Assembly: GCA_964398185.1 (NCBI GenBank) | Contig: CAYNML010000025.1 | Coordinates: 4,031-68,030 of the forward strand | Source: an uncultured Anaerolineae bacterium | Lineage (GTDB): Bacteria > Chloroflexota > Anaerolineae > Fen-1058 | Direction: 5' to 3' | Length of the DNA: 64,000 nt | Shown here: piece by piece, positions 45,096-54,209 of the stretch | Layout of the letters: the number at the start of each line of letters is the position of its first letter | Position numbering within the stretch: the stretch's first letter is position 1 | Notes under the pieces: generated by a model | Seen by the model: only the letters and a program-made list of their open reading frames with translations | Databases searched by the model: none | Told to the model about the DNA's origin: nothing | Made by a program: the position numbers and the translations under genes

Positions 45096-46031
45096 TTAGA
45101 CTTCAGGCTCGGGCAGCACCGGCGGCGGCTGCACGTAGATTTGCGTGGTGGAGATATTGGCGTGGCCCAGGTAGCGCTGCACTTCTGACAACGTGGCTTT
45201 GTTGTTTTGCAGCATGTGCGCGGCAAAGGAGTGGCGCAGCATGTGCGGCGTCACCTCGTAGTCGAGGCCGGCCCGCGCAGCATATTCTTTGATGATCAAC
45301 CACATGCCCTGCCGCGTCAACTGCTGGCCGCGCTGGTTCAGGAACAGCGCCGCCTGGTTGCCGGAACTCTTCACAAAATGCGGCCGCCCGCGTTCGAGGT
45401 AGATCTGCAGCGCTTCGGCGGCCTTATCACTCAGCGGCACCGTGCGTTCGCGCCCGCCGTCTTCGCTAGTGACGCGCATCGCCTTCTCGGCCAGATTCAC
45501 ATCGTCCGTGCGGAACGAGACCAATTCGGAAACGCGCACGCCCGTGGCATAGAGCAGCTCCAGCAGCGCGCGGTCGCGCAGGGTCTTGGGTGAGTTGCCG
45601 GTTCCCGGCGCGGCCAACAAACGCTCAACCTCTTCGTTCGTCATGGTCTTGGGCGTACGCTTGGCCACGCGCGGCGCTTCCAGCCCGCCGGACGGATCGC
45701 GCGGGATGATGCGCTTGACCGTAAGATAATTGAAAAATGATTTTAGCGCGGCCACCTTGCGGGCGATCGTCGACGGCGCCACAGGTTTTTCATCGCCGCT
45801 GCGCTTGGTAATTTTCAGCGAGCGCAGCGCGTCGACAAAGGCTGCCAGATCAGTCGAGGTGACATCGGCCCAGCTGGTCACCGGCGACTCGCGATGTCCC
45901 AGATAATCAATCAGTTGGCTCAGATCGTTGCGATAGGCCGCCACAGTATTGCGCGCGTAACCATCTTCGTGCGCCAGCGACGTGAGGAATTGTTCGAGAT
46001 AGGGTTGCAGAGCGAGTTGAGTTTCGTTCAT
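45096..46031 (-). CDS. xerD: Tyrosine recombinase XerC/XerD
   Basis: Catalytic-residue pattern ...R...HMLRHSFA...LGHANISTTQIYV (Tyr) and an N-terminal SAM-like domain. Confidence 0.85.
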   Translation of the reverse strand: MNETQLALQPYLEQFLTSLAHEDGYARNTVAAYRNDLSQLIDYLGHRESPVTSWADVTSTDLAAFVDALRSLKITKRSGDEKPVAPSTIARKVAALKSFFNYLTVKRIIPRDPSGGLEAPRVAKRTPKTMTNEEVERLLAAPGTGNSPKTLRDRALLELLYATGVRVSELVSFRTDDVNLAEKAMRVTSEDGGRERTVPLSDKAAEALQIYLERGRPHFVKSSGNQAALFLNQRGQQLTRQGMWLIIKEYAARAGLDYEVTPHMLRHSFAAHMLQNNKATLSEVQRYLGHANISTTQIYVQPPPVLPEPEV

Positions 46032-46201
46032 AGCCGGCTACCTTTGCAGATGACTGAGCATCATGGTCGAAGTCACTCACCAGTCAACATTATATCATTA
46101 TTGCCATAAAGCAATGAAATCCAATTAACAGAAACCAGGTCTCGCCACTCAAACTGTTGACGTCAGGCAAAGCGAAGAAACTCGGCTTCCTGGTCTTTAC
46201 C

Positions 46202-47209
46202 TTACAGAATCAGCATTGCATCGCCGAAACTGTAGAAGCGATACCGCTGGGCAATGGCTGCGGCATACGCCCGATCGAGATTTGCCTTCCCCGCGAAGGC
46301 ACTGACCAGCATCAGCAGTGACGATTTGGGCAAATGGAAATTTGTGATCAGGCCGTCGACCACGTGATAGTGGTAACCGGGATAAATGTAAAGCCGCGTG
46401 TCGCCCACAAAGGCAGAGAGGTCGCGCTGCCCGATGGTTTCCAAAACCCGTACGCTAGTCGTGCCCACAGCAATCACCCGGCGGCCTTCGGCTTTGGCGG
46501 CGCGAATCTGCGCGGCGACCTCGGCGGTCACTTCCATGTACTCGGCATGAATGTGATGCGCCTCGACATCTTCCGTTTCGACCGGCTTGAAGGTGTCCAG
46601 GCCGACGTGCAGCGTGACGTGAATCATTTGGATGTCGCGCTCACGCAGTTGGGCCAGCAGACGCGGTGTGAAGTGCAATCCAGCCGTGGGGGCCGCCGCC
46701 GAGCCAGGGGTATGCGCGTAGACCGTTTGATAGCGTTCCGGATCGTGCAGCGGCGCATGAATGTACGGCGGCAGGGGCATCACACCCAGTTCGCTCAGGC
46801 GCTCGTCGATGGGCTGATTGAAGCGCAGGATTCGCTCGCCAGTGTCCGACGTCTCGATGACTTCCGCGATCAGATCGGGCCGCACCTCGATGCGCGAACC
46901 CACATGCAGGCGATGCGCGCGCAGCAGCGCCTGCCACGTCACGGCATCGATGCGGCGCAGCAGCAGAATCTCCACCGCGCCGCCCGTGCCCGCCTTGTGC
47001 GCAAAGATGCGCGCTGGAATGACGCGGCTCTCATTCGCCACCAGCAAATCGCCGGGGCGCAACAAGTCGGGGAGATCGTAGAAGCGCCGGTGCGCGATCG
47101 AGCCGGTTGACCGATCGAGTTGCAAAAGCCGCGCAGCATCGCGCGGCTCGAGCGGGGTCTGGGCAATCAATTCAGGCGGCAGGTGGTAATCGAATTCGCT
47201 GGTCTTCAC
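46202..47209 (-). CDS. queA: S-adenosylmethionine:tRNA ribosyltransferase-isomerase
   Basis: MKTSEFDYHLPPELIAQ...PLPPYI...AGLHFT are QueA signatures. Confidence 0.9.
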   Translation of the reverse strand: MKTSEFDYHLPPELIAQTPLEPRDAARLLQLDRSTGSIAHRRFYDLPDLLRPGDLLVANESRVIPARIFAHKAGTGGAVEILLLRRIDAVTWQALLRAHRLHVGSRIEVRPDLIAEVIETSDTGERILRFNQPIDERLSELGVMPLPPYIHAPLHDPERYQTVYAHTPGSAAAPTAGLHFTPRLLAQLRERDIQMIHVTLHVGLDTFKPVETEDVEAHHIHAEYMEVTAEVAAQIRAAKAEGRRVIAVGTTSVRVLETIGQRDLSAFVGDTRLYIYPGYHYHVVDGLITNFHLPKSSLLMLVSAFAGKANLDRAYAAAIAQRYRFYSFGDAMLIL

Positions 47210-47436
47210 TTATTCGCAATCCGGATGATGATGTTCAACGCAATCGTCGCCAGGACGCTCAGGATGATCATGCTGGCGAGCGGAAAGAAGCAGGTGAAGT
47301 TCTGCGTTTGAATGCGGATGTCGCCGGGCAGGTTGCCGAAGAACGGGATGCGCCCCAACAGCCACATCACCACGCCCAGCAGCGCCAGCCCCAAACCCGC
47401 CATCACCAGCCATTTACCCAGTTCGCCAAAACTCAT
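47206..47436 (-). CDS. DUF2905 family small membrane protein
   Basis: MSFGELGKWLVMAGLGLALLGVVMWLLGRIPFFGNLPGDIRIQTQN is DUF2905-like. Lies between ruvB and queA. Confidence 0.5.
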   Translation of the reverse strand: MSFGELGKWLVMAGLGLALLGVVMWLLGRIPFFGNLPGDIRIQTQNFTCFFPLASMIILSVLATIALNIIIRIANK

Positions 47437-47443
47437 GCCACAC

Positions 47444-48466
47444 CTACAACAGCGCCGGTTGTTCCGGTTTTTCGGGATAGACGATGCCCAGATGTTCGTA
47501 AGCCCGGCGCGTCGCCACACGGCCGCGCGGCGTACGATCAAGAAAGCCCAGTTGCAATAGATACGGCTCGACGACGTCCATGATCGTGTCGGATTCTTCG
47601 CTAATCGAAGCGGCGATGGTTTCCAAGCCCACCGGCCCGCCGCCGAATTTTTCGATGATGGCCTTCAACACGCGCCGATCGAGATCGTCCAGCCCCAACG
47701 GATCGACATCGAGCAGCGAGAGGGCTTGCGCGGCCAACTCGCCGGTGATTGCCCCGTCGCCGCGCACCTGCGCGTAATCGCGCACGCGCCGCAGCAGGCG
47801 CAGCGCTACGCGCGGTGTGCCGCGTCCGCGCCGCGCAATCTCAGCCAACCCGCTCGGATCGATGTCCACTGCCAGCAGCTTGGATCCGCGCGCGATGATC
47901 TGCTCCAACACGCGCTGCTCGTAGTAGTCGAGACGATACACTGCGCCGAAGCGCGCGCGCAGCGGCGAACTGACTAACGCCAGCCGGGTGGTTGCGCCGA
48001 TCACCGTGAAATGCGGCAACTTCAGGCGGATGCTGCGCGCCGACGGCCCTTTGCCGATGACGATGTCAAGCGCGAAGTCTTCCATCGCCGGATAGAGCAC
48101 TTCTTCGATGGCGCGACCCAGCCGGTGAATCTCGTCGATGAAGAGCACGTCGCCTGCTTTGAGATTGGTGAGAAGCGCGGCCAGATCGCCGGCGCGTTCG
48201 ATGGCCGGGCCAGCGGTGACGCGCACGTTGACCTGCATCTCGTTCCCCACAATGTGCGCGAGGCTGGTTTTGCCCAAGCCCGGCGGACCGTAGAACAAGA
48301 CGTGATCCAGCGCCTCGCCGCGCTGCCGGGCCGCCTGGATCAAGATCGCCAGATTTTCTTTCAAGCGCTCCTGGCCGGGAAATTCTGCCAGCAGCGTCGG
48401 GCGCAGGGCGCGATCAAGCGCGGTGTCTTCGTCACGCGATTGGGGGGCAATGGGCCGATCGGGCAT
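47444..48466 (-). CDS. ruvB: Holliday junction branch migration ATPase RuvB
   Basis: AAA+ Walker [12 protein letters not shown], the DEIHRL stretch, and a C-terminal winged helix. Confidence 0.9.
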   Translation of the reverse strand: MPDRPIAPQSRDEDTALDRALRPTLLAEFPGQERLKENLAILIQAARQRGEALDHVLFYGPPGLGKTSLAHIVGNEMQVNVRVTAGPAIERAGDLAALLTNLKAGDVLFIDEIHRLGRAIEEVLYPAMEDFALDIVIGKGPSARSIRLKLPHFTVIGATTRLALVSSPLRARFGAVYRLDYYEQRVLEQIIARGSKLLAVDIDPSGLAEIARRGRGTPRVALRLLRRVRDYAQVRGDGAITGELAAQALSLLDVDPLGLDDLDRRVLKAIIEKFGGGPVGLETIAASISEESDTIMDVVEPYLLQLGFLDRTPRGRVATRRAYEHLGIVYPEKPEQPALL

Positions 48467-48613
48467 GAGATCCTTTCACCAAGGTGCTGCGTCTGAGTAT
48501 AGCACAGGCCGGTGAAGCGCCAAAGGCCGATCGGGTGTTGAATGTCCCCCGCCGGTTGACTTTCATCCTCTCTCAGGTACAATCGCGCCAACTCTTTCTC
48601 CAGGAGATTGGCG

Positions 48614-49240
48614 ATGCCTCACGTCCACGTCAGCCAGCATCCGCTCGTCAAGCACAAACTCTCCCTCTTGCGCGACGTTGCCACCAAGCCCAAGAAATTC
48701 CGCGAACTCGTCCGTGAAATCTCGATATTGATGGCCTATGAAGCGACCGCCGATCTGGCTTTGAAGGACTGCTCCGTTACCACGCCGATGGGCACCGCGA
48801 ACGGTTACGAGCTGGGCGAGAAGATTGGTTTGATCCCAGTGCTGCGCGCCGGGTTGGGCATGGTGGAAGGCGTGTGGGAGATGATGCCCGCGGCCGAGGT
48901 GTGGCACATCGGCCTGTTCCGCGATGAGCGCACGCTGAAGCCGATTGCGTATTACAACCGCCTGCCGATTGCGCCCACGGTCGATGTCTGCCTCGTGCTC
49001 GATCCGATGCTGGCGACGGGCGGCTCGGCGTCGGCCACCGTGGACATTTTGAAGAAGTGGGGCGCGAAGAAGATCAAGTACATGGGGCTGCTGGCTGCGC
49101 CCGAAGGCATTGCCAAACTCACCGGCGATCATCCCGATGTGCCGTTGTTCCTGGCCGCGGTCGATGAACGACTGAACGACATCGGCTATATCGTGCCCGG
49201 GTTGGGCGATGCGGGCGATCGGCAGTTTGGGACGGCGTAA
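48614..49240 (+). CDS. upp: Uracil phosphoribosyltransferase
   Basis: PRPP-binding [14 protein letters not shown] and C-terminal [12 protein letters not shown]. Putative promoter TTGACT-16-TACAAT at ~48557-48585. Confidence 0.85.
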   Translation: MPHVHVSQHPLVKHKLSLLRDVATKPKKFRELVREISILMAYEATADLALKDCSVTTPMGTANGYELGEKIGLIPVLRAGLGMVEGVWEMMPAAEVWHIGLFRDERTLKPIAYYNRLPIAPTVDVCLVLDPMLATGGSASATVDILKKWGAKKIKYMGLLAAPEGIAKLTGDHPDVPLFLAAVDERLNDIGYIVPGLGDAGDRQFGTA

Positions 49241-49392
49241 GAGATGTATGATTTTTGATTGCTGACACCTGCACTTGAACCGCTGGCGGTTTCGTGCGGT
49301 GCAAGTGTTGCTGATTTGAAATCACGCCGCCGAGTCACCTAGCAGTATTCGGGCAGACATCGCCGCACCATTGGCTAAGCAGCGACTTAACG

Positions 49393-50925
49393 ATGCCTAA
49401 GCTCGCACTTCACGAAATCTATCTGGCGCAGCAGCGCATCGCGCCGTACCTCGATCGGACGCCACTGGTCCGATCGGGTCTGCTGAGCGCGCAGGCGGGA
49501 TGCGACGTCTGGCTGAAGCTCGAGAATCGCCAGCGCACGGGATCGTTCAAGCCGCGCGGCGCGTTGAATAAGATTCTGTCGTTGAGTGAGGAAGAACGCG
49601 CGCGCGGCATCGTGGCGGCTTCGGCGGGCAATCACGCGCTGGGCGTGGCGCACGCGGCGCAATATCTAGGCGTGAGCAATGCCGATCTGTTCGTGCAGGC
49701 CAATGCGGCCCCGGCGAAGATCGCGAAGGTCCGGCAGTACAACGTGAAGCTGCACCTCGTCGGTCAACGCTTCGATGAAGCACAGGCGGCGGCCCTGGAG
49801 TTCGCCGCGAAGAACAGCGCGACGTTTGTGTCGGCGTATGATGATCTCGCTGTGATCGCCGGACAGGGCACGGTGGGGCTGGAGATTATGCAGGATGCGC
49901 CCGACGTCGATACGATCGTCGTGCCGGTGGGCGGCGGCGGTTTGATCGCGGGGCTGGCGACGGTGGCGAAGTCGCTGAATCCCACGATTCGTGTTATCGG
50001 CGTGAATCCGGCGGCGTCACCCTCGGCGTACCTCTCCAAACGCGATGGGTATCCCTACGAAACGTACGAGAACGAGCCGACGCTGGCGCACGGCCTGGCA
50101 GGCGGCTTCGGACGCGTGCCGTTCATGGTCGGTATGATGCTGATTGATGAGATCGTGCTGGTCAGTGAAGACGAGATGAAGCGCGGCATCGCCGCGTTGA
50201 TCGATTCGGATCAGGTGCTGGCCGAGGCGTCGGGCATCGCTGGTCTAGCGGCGGTGTTAGCAGGCAAAGTCGCCGATGCGCAGAAATGCGTGTGCGTGCT
50301 GACGGGCGGGAATATCGACAGCGAGACGCTGCGGGGTGTGCTCGGTGTCAGCGGATATGCAGCGGATCAGCGGATGAAGAATGTCAACGGATTGGCAGCG
50401 GATCAGCAGATGAAGGGTGTCAACGGATTGGCAGCGGATCAGCAGATGACACCCGCCGCTGCACAACAAGCATCAAGCCATAAAAAGAAAGACGCCCCCG
50501 GATTCATCCGAACGACCTATGACGAGATCACCTATCGCTTGATTGGGCTGGCAATGGAAGTGCATAATGAGCTAGGCCCTGGACATCGTGAAGCCGCGTA
50601 TCATAATGCGCTTGTTGCCAAGCTCAAGGAAACCGACCTCGCCTTTCTGGACGAGCCTGAGATGTGGGTCGAACTGGAAGATGGCAGGGAGATTCAGAAA
50701 TATGTACCCGACCTGATTGTTGAGGGAAAAGTTCTGGTTGAATTGAAAGCACAGTCGTGGCCCATGACCCGTGACGATATGGCGCAAGTTTTCGACTATT
50801 TTGCGGGGACGGAATGTGAGGTCGCGTTATTCTTGAATTTTGGACGTCCGCGCCTCGAATACCGCCGCCTATTGCCACCGCAGATCATCACCTATAGCCG
50901 CTTGCGAAAATCACGCCGGACATAG
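49393..50925 (+). CDS. Threonine/serine dehydratase (PLP fold-type II) fused in frame to a C-terminal GxxExxY PD-(D/E)xK nuclease-superfamily domain
   Basis: Residues 1-~320 carry SFKPRGA and GNHA PLP-enzyme motifs. Then comes a tandem 12-aa repeat linker (GLAADQQMKGVN x2.5), then a ~130-aa domain with LGPGHREAAYHNAL (GxxExxY) matching the PF13366/TIGR04256 pattern. Confidence 0.7.
   Translation: MPKLALHEIYLAQQRIAPYLDRTPLVRSGLLSAQAGCDVWLKLENRQRTGSFKPRGALNKILSLSEEERARGIVAASAGNHALGVAHAAQYLGVSNADLFVQANAAPAKIAKVRQYNVKLHLVGQRFDEAQAAALEFAAKNSATFVSAYDDLAVIAGQGTVGLEIMQDAPDVDTIVVPVGGGGLIAGLATVAKSLNPTIRVIGVNPAASPSAYLSKRDGYPYETYENEPTLAHGLAGGFGRVPFMVGMMLIDEIVLVSEDEMKRGIAALIDSDQVLAEASGIAGLAAVLAGKVADAQKCVCVLTGGNIDSETLRGVLGVSGYAADQRMKNVNGLAADQQMKGVNGLAADQQMTPAAAQQASSHKKKDAPGFIRTTYDEITYRLIGLAMEVHNELGPGHREAAYHNALVAKLKETDLAFLDEPEMWVELEDGREIQKYVPDLIVEGKVLVELKAQSWPMTRDDMAQVFDYFAGTECEVALFLNFGRPRLEYRRLLPPQIITYSRLRKSRRT
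50359..50450 (+). repeat. 36-bp tandem repeat x2.5 (GCAGCGGATCAGCRGATGAAGRRTGTCAACGGATTG), in-frame coding
   Basis: Units at 50359-94, 50395-430 and 50431-50, inside the dehydratase-GxxExxY ORF. Confidence 0.8.
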
Positions 50926-50935
50926 GCACGGGGCT

Positions 50936-51017
50936 ATCCGCTGATTCGCTGGCAATCCGTTGACCCGGTATCCGCTGCTAAGACATCCGCTGATTCGCTG
51001 CTTATCCGATGACACCC
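50936..51017 (+). repeat. Inverted copies of the 50359-50450 repeat units (ATCCGCTGATTCGCTG x2, CAATCCGTTGAC, ATCCGATGACACCC)
   Basis: The reverse complement matches the upstream units (e.g. CAATCCGTTGAC 12/12; CAGCGAATCAGCGGAT 15/16). Begins 11 nt after the stop codon and overlaps the GT4 start codon. Confidence 0.75.
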
Positions 51018-52064
51018 TTTCTATTCGTATTCCTCATTTCGTGCAGCGCATCTCTGCTGCTTACGCCGCTGGCAGCCAAACTCGGGCTACGCCTCAACCT
51101 GGCCGACGAACCCGGCGGGCGGCGCAAACACGCGGGCCGCATCGCGCGGACGGGTGGCATTGCGATCTTCGTCAGTTTTGTCGGCGGCGTGTTGATCACC
51201 ACCCGGCTCGATCTGCCCCGATCCGACCCCAACGAATTCACGCGCATCGGCGGCTTGCTGAGCGGGCTGATCATCGTCTTTGTCTTTGGCTTGCTCGACG
51301 ATCATTTTGAATTCAGGCCGGGCCTGCAATTCGTGGCGCAGGCTGCCGCCTCGCTCGTCGCGATTGCCTCGCTGATCTTCATCGAGCGCTTCAACAATCC
51401 GTTCACGAATCAAGAAGTGAACCTTGGCGAGATCGCGCCGTGGCTGATTGTGCCGTTGGCGCTGTTCTGGCTGATGGGGATGATGAACACCGTCAACTGG
51501 CTCGACGGACTCGACGGGCTGGCCGCCGGCATCGCCGCGATTTTCAGCGCGGTGCTGTTCATCGCGATGATTCAGGACACAGCCACGCAGGATCCGCAGT
51601 TGAGCATCGCACCTTTGCCGCTGGCCTTGCTGGGCGCGACGCTGGGCTTCCTGCCCTACAACTTCTATCCCGCGCGCGTCTTCATGGGATCGAGCGGCGC
51701 GCTGACGCTGGGCTTGGCGCTGGGCTGTCTGGGCATCATTGGCGGCGCGAAGATGGCGACAGTCTTGCTGGTGCTGGCGGTGCCCATCATTGATGTGGCG
51801 TGGCTCATCGTCGCGCGCCTCCGGCACGGCAAATCGCCGTTGCAGGGCGGGCGCGATCACCTGCATTTCCGCCTGCTTGATCTGGGCCTGTCGCAGCGGC
51901 AGATTGTGGTGGGCTATTACGTGATCAGCGCGTTGTTCGGCGGGCTGGCGTTGATCATCGAAGCCCGGATCTACAAAGTTCTGGCGCTGGGCGTGCTGGG
52001 CATCGTGACACTGCTGGTGCTGGTGCTGGTGGCAAAGAAAAGCGAACAACTGGACAAACAGTAA
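51009..52064 (+). CDS. Glycosyltransferase family 4 polyprenyl-phosphate N-acetylhexosamine-1-phosphate transferase (MraY/WecA-like)
   Basis: ~10 TM helices with conserved LDDHF.. and NxxNWLDGLDGLA motifs. Confidence 0.75.
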   Translation: MTPFLFVFLISCSASLLLTPLAAKLGLRLNLADEPGGRRKHAGRIARTGGIAIFVSFVGGVLITTRLDLPRSDPNEFTRIGGLLSGLIIVFVFGLLDDHFEFRPGLQFVAQAAASLVAIASLIFIERFNNPFTNQEVNLGEIAPWLIVPLALFWLMGMMNTVNWLDGLDGLAAGIAAIFSAVLFIAMIQDTATQDPQLSIAPLPLALLGATLGFLPYNFYPARVFMGSSGALTLGLALGCLGIIGGAKMATVLLVLAVPIIDVAWLIVARLRHGKSPLQGGRDHLHFRLLDLGLSQRQIVVGYYVISALFGGLALIIEARIYKVLALGVLGIVTLLVLVLVAKKSEQLDKQ

Positions 52065-52067
52065 CGA

Positions 52068-52859
52068 TCAGCGTTTCTTTTTCCTGGAAGAGTGATCGAC
52101 CGAAGAAGTGTATTCCACCCGGCGGCCCAACGCGCGGCCGGAGGTAACCTCGATCAGAAAGATCACCAGGACGAACGGTGCATCCACGACGAGGGTAATG
52201 GTGAACGCCGCGGCCAGCCAGCGCATGATCTGATCCACGACGACCCCCGCCCCCTCGATAGCCGAACTCCACCCAAAGGCCGCCGCCAGCGACAACAATA
52301 ACAAACTGAAGAGAATCACGGGGGGCCACGTTTCTCGATCGGAGGGGCTGGGTATCATCGCATTGGCGATCGAGAACAGCAGGTACAACCACAACCACGC
52401 ATCGGGTGCGCGCAGCAAGCCGCCCAGCGAGGCCAGCAGCGCCGCCAGATCGCCGCGCTGCACAGCCTCGCCAATCGTATTCACGTCAAATGCGAAGCGG
52501 ATGATCACCAGGATCGCCACGCTGCCCGCCAACAACGGCGCAAGACCGATCAAGCTGGAGCGCACCACGTCCACGCGCTCGACCTGCACGGAACCCAGGC
52601 GCACGTGTCCGTCGGGTTGACGCTGCGGAATGATCGTCAGGTTCGCCGTCTTGACGCCGAGGACGGCCGCCATCAGCGCATGCGAGAGTTCATGCAGCGC
52701 CACGCCCGGCAGCAGCGGCAGTGAATACAGCAACAACGCCATGTCGGCGTGGCCGGTGAGCAGATAGGCGGCGCCGTGCAGATGCCGGTGCACCCAACGC
52801 TGCACCAGCACCAGCAAGAGCAAGGTGCCAAGGAACCACAAGAACGACGAGAGCAACAT
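52068..52859 (-). CDS. Membrane zinc metalloprotease, M50/site-2-protease-like
   Basis: HELSHALMA HExxH motif inside a TM helix, in a multi-TM protein. Confidence 0.5.
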   Translation of the reverse strand: MLLSSFLWFLGTLLLLVLVQRWVHRHLHGAAYLLTGHADMALLLYSLPLLPGVALHELSHALMAAVLGVKTANLTIIPQRQPDGHVRLGSVQVERVDVVRSSLIGLAPLLAGSVAILVIIRFAFDVNTIGEAVQRGDLAALLASLGGLLRAPDAWLWLYLLFSIANAMIPSPSDRETWPPVILFSLLLLSLAAAFGWSSAIEGAGVVVDQIMRWLAAAFTITLVVDAPFVLVIFLIEVTSGRALGRRVEYTSSVDHSSRKKKR

Positions 52860-53006
52860 GCACGCAGCCTACCAGAAAACACTAGAAAACAAGGACTTTG
52901 CGGCTTGCGCCGATTTGCCTTTTTGCTTCATCAGTGTATACTAAGAGCAGTTCTTCCAGCCAACCGGTCACGAAGACAAAAACCATCCCAAGGAGAAATC
53001 AATCCC

Positions 53007-53318
53007 ATGGCTAAGAAACGCATGACCAAGTCGGAATTTGTGGGCGCCATCGCCAAGAAGAGCAACCTTGAGAAGAAGCAAGTCAACGCCGTGTTGGTTG
53101 CGCTGACCGAAGTCGTCTACAAGGAATTGGGCAAGGGCGGCGCCGGTGAAGTGGTGCTGCCGGGCCTGATCAAGCTGGTCACCGTCAAGAAGCCGGCTGT
53201 GCCCGCGCGCGAAGGCATCAACCCCTTCACCGGTCAGCCCACTGTCTTCAAGGCCAAGCCCGCCAGCAAGGTCGTGAAGGCGCGCCCCGTCAAGCAGCTC
53301 AAGGACGCCATCAAGTAG
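53007..53318 (+). CDS. HU/IHF family DNA-binding protein
   Basis: MAKKRMTKSEFVGAIAKKSNLEKKQVNAVLVALTEVVYKEL...INPFTGQPTVFKAKP is the HU fold signature. RBS AAGGAG before ATG 53007. Confidence 0.85.
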   Translation: MAKKRMTKSEFVGAIAKKSNLEKKQVNAVLVALTEVVYKELGKGGAGEVVLPGLIKLVTVKKPAVPAREGINPFTGQPTVFKAKPASKVVKARPVKQLKDAIK

Positions 53319-53335
53319 TTCACGCGCCGTGAAAG

Positions 53336-53369
53336 AAAAAGCCCCGCAGCAACTCCGCGGGGCTTTTTT
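53336..53369. terminator. Bidirectional rho-independent terminator AAAAAGCCCCGCagcaactccGCGGGGCTTTTTT
   Basis: 7-bp GC stem flanked by A- and T-runs between convergent HU and tpiA. Confidence 0.8.
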
Positions 53370-53374
53370 GCTGC

Positions 53375-54139
53375 CTACTTGATCTGCGCCGTGCCGGTGA
53401 TGATGGTTGTAAAATCGGCCACCTTCAACGACGCGCCGCCGACCAGCGCGCCGTCGATCTCCGGCGCACCCATGAATTCTTCAATGTTCGCCGGAGTCAC
53501 GCTGCCGCCGTACTGCACGCGAACGCCCTGCGCCACACTTTCACCGAACAACTTGCTCAACGGCCCGCGAATATTCTGCGCGATCACGGCATTGGCATCT
53601 TCGCCGGACGAGGCGCGCCCGGTGCCGATGGCCCACACCGGTTCGTACGCCACCACGATTGCTTTTGCCTCATCCGACGTCAGCCCCGCCAGCCCGTTCA
53701 TCACTTGCGTGGTCACCACCGCCGACGTTTCGCCCGCCTCGCGCTGCGCCAGCGTCTCGCCCACGCACATGATGGGCGTCAGGCCGTGCGCCAGCGCCGC
53801 CTTCACGCGCTTGTTGACAGTCGCGTCGGTTTCGCCGAAATACTGACGGCGCTCACTGTGCCCGATGATGACGTAGGTCACCAGGTCCTGCAACATCAGC
53901 GGTGAAATCTCGCCCGTAAATGCGCCCTTCTCTTCCCAGTACATATTCTGCGCACCCACGGCCATCTTCGATCCGGCCAGCGCCTCTTTCACCGCCGTCA
54001 ACGACACGAACGGCGGGCACACCACCATCTCCACCTTCTCGACCGAGGCAGTGGCCTCGCGCAGGGCGCGCACCAGTTCCACGGCTTCCGCCACGTTCTT
54101 GTTCATCTTCCAGTTGCCCGCAACGATGGGGGTTCGCAT
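53375..54139 (-). CDS. tpiA: Triosephosphate isomerase
   Basis: AGNWKMN, IIGHSERR, AYEPVWAIGTG and YGGSV are the TIM catalytic motifs. Start at ATG 54139 with RBS GGAGA. Confidence 0.9.
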   Translation of the reverse strand: MRTPIVAGNWKMNKNVAEAVELVRALREATASVEKVEMVVCPPFVSLTAVKEALAGSKMAVGAQNMYWEEKGAFTGEISPLMLQDLVTYVIIGHSERRQYFGETDATVNKRVKAALAHGLTPIMCVGETLAQREAGETSAVVTTQVMNGLAGLTSDEAKAIVVAYEPVWAIGTGRASSGEDANAVIAQNIRGPLSKLFGESVAQGVRVQYGGSVTPANIEEFMGAPEIDGALVGGASLKVADFTTIITGTAQIK

Positions 54140-54209
54140 GCTTTCTCCTTGTATCCCCGCAAAGTAAGATGGCCGAATTATACTCGCGCCGCGCCAAAAT
54201 GACGAACCG

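Noticed and set aside
49241-49392. Possible Thr/Ile leader peptide upstream of the threonine dehydratase
   Set aside because: Only a 4-codon ORF (MYDF) is present, with no amino-acid-codon run and no terminator. There is no evidence of attenuation here.
50359-50450. Possible CRISPR array (36-bp direct repeats)
   Set aside because: The repeats are contiguous with no spacers, are in frame within a protein-coding ORF, and their inverted copies lie downstream. This is a TIR or tandem-repeat linker, not CRISPR. The 7-bp arrays are likewise far too short.
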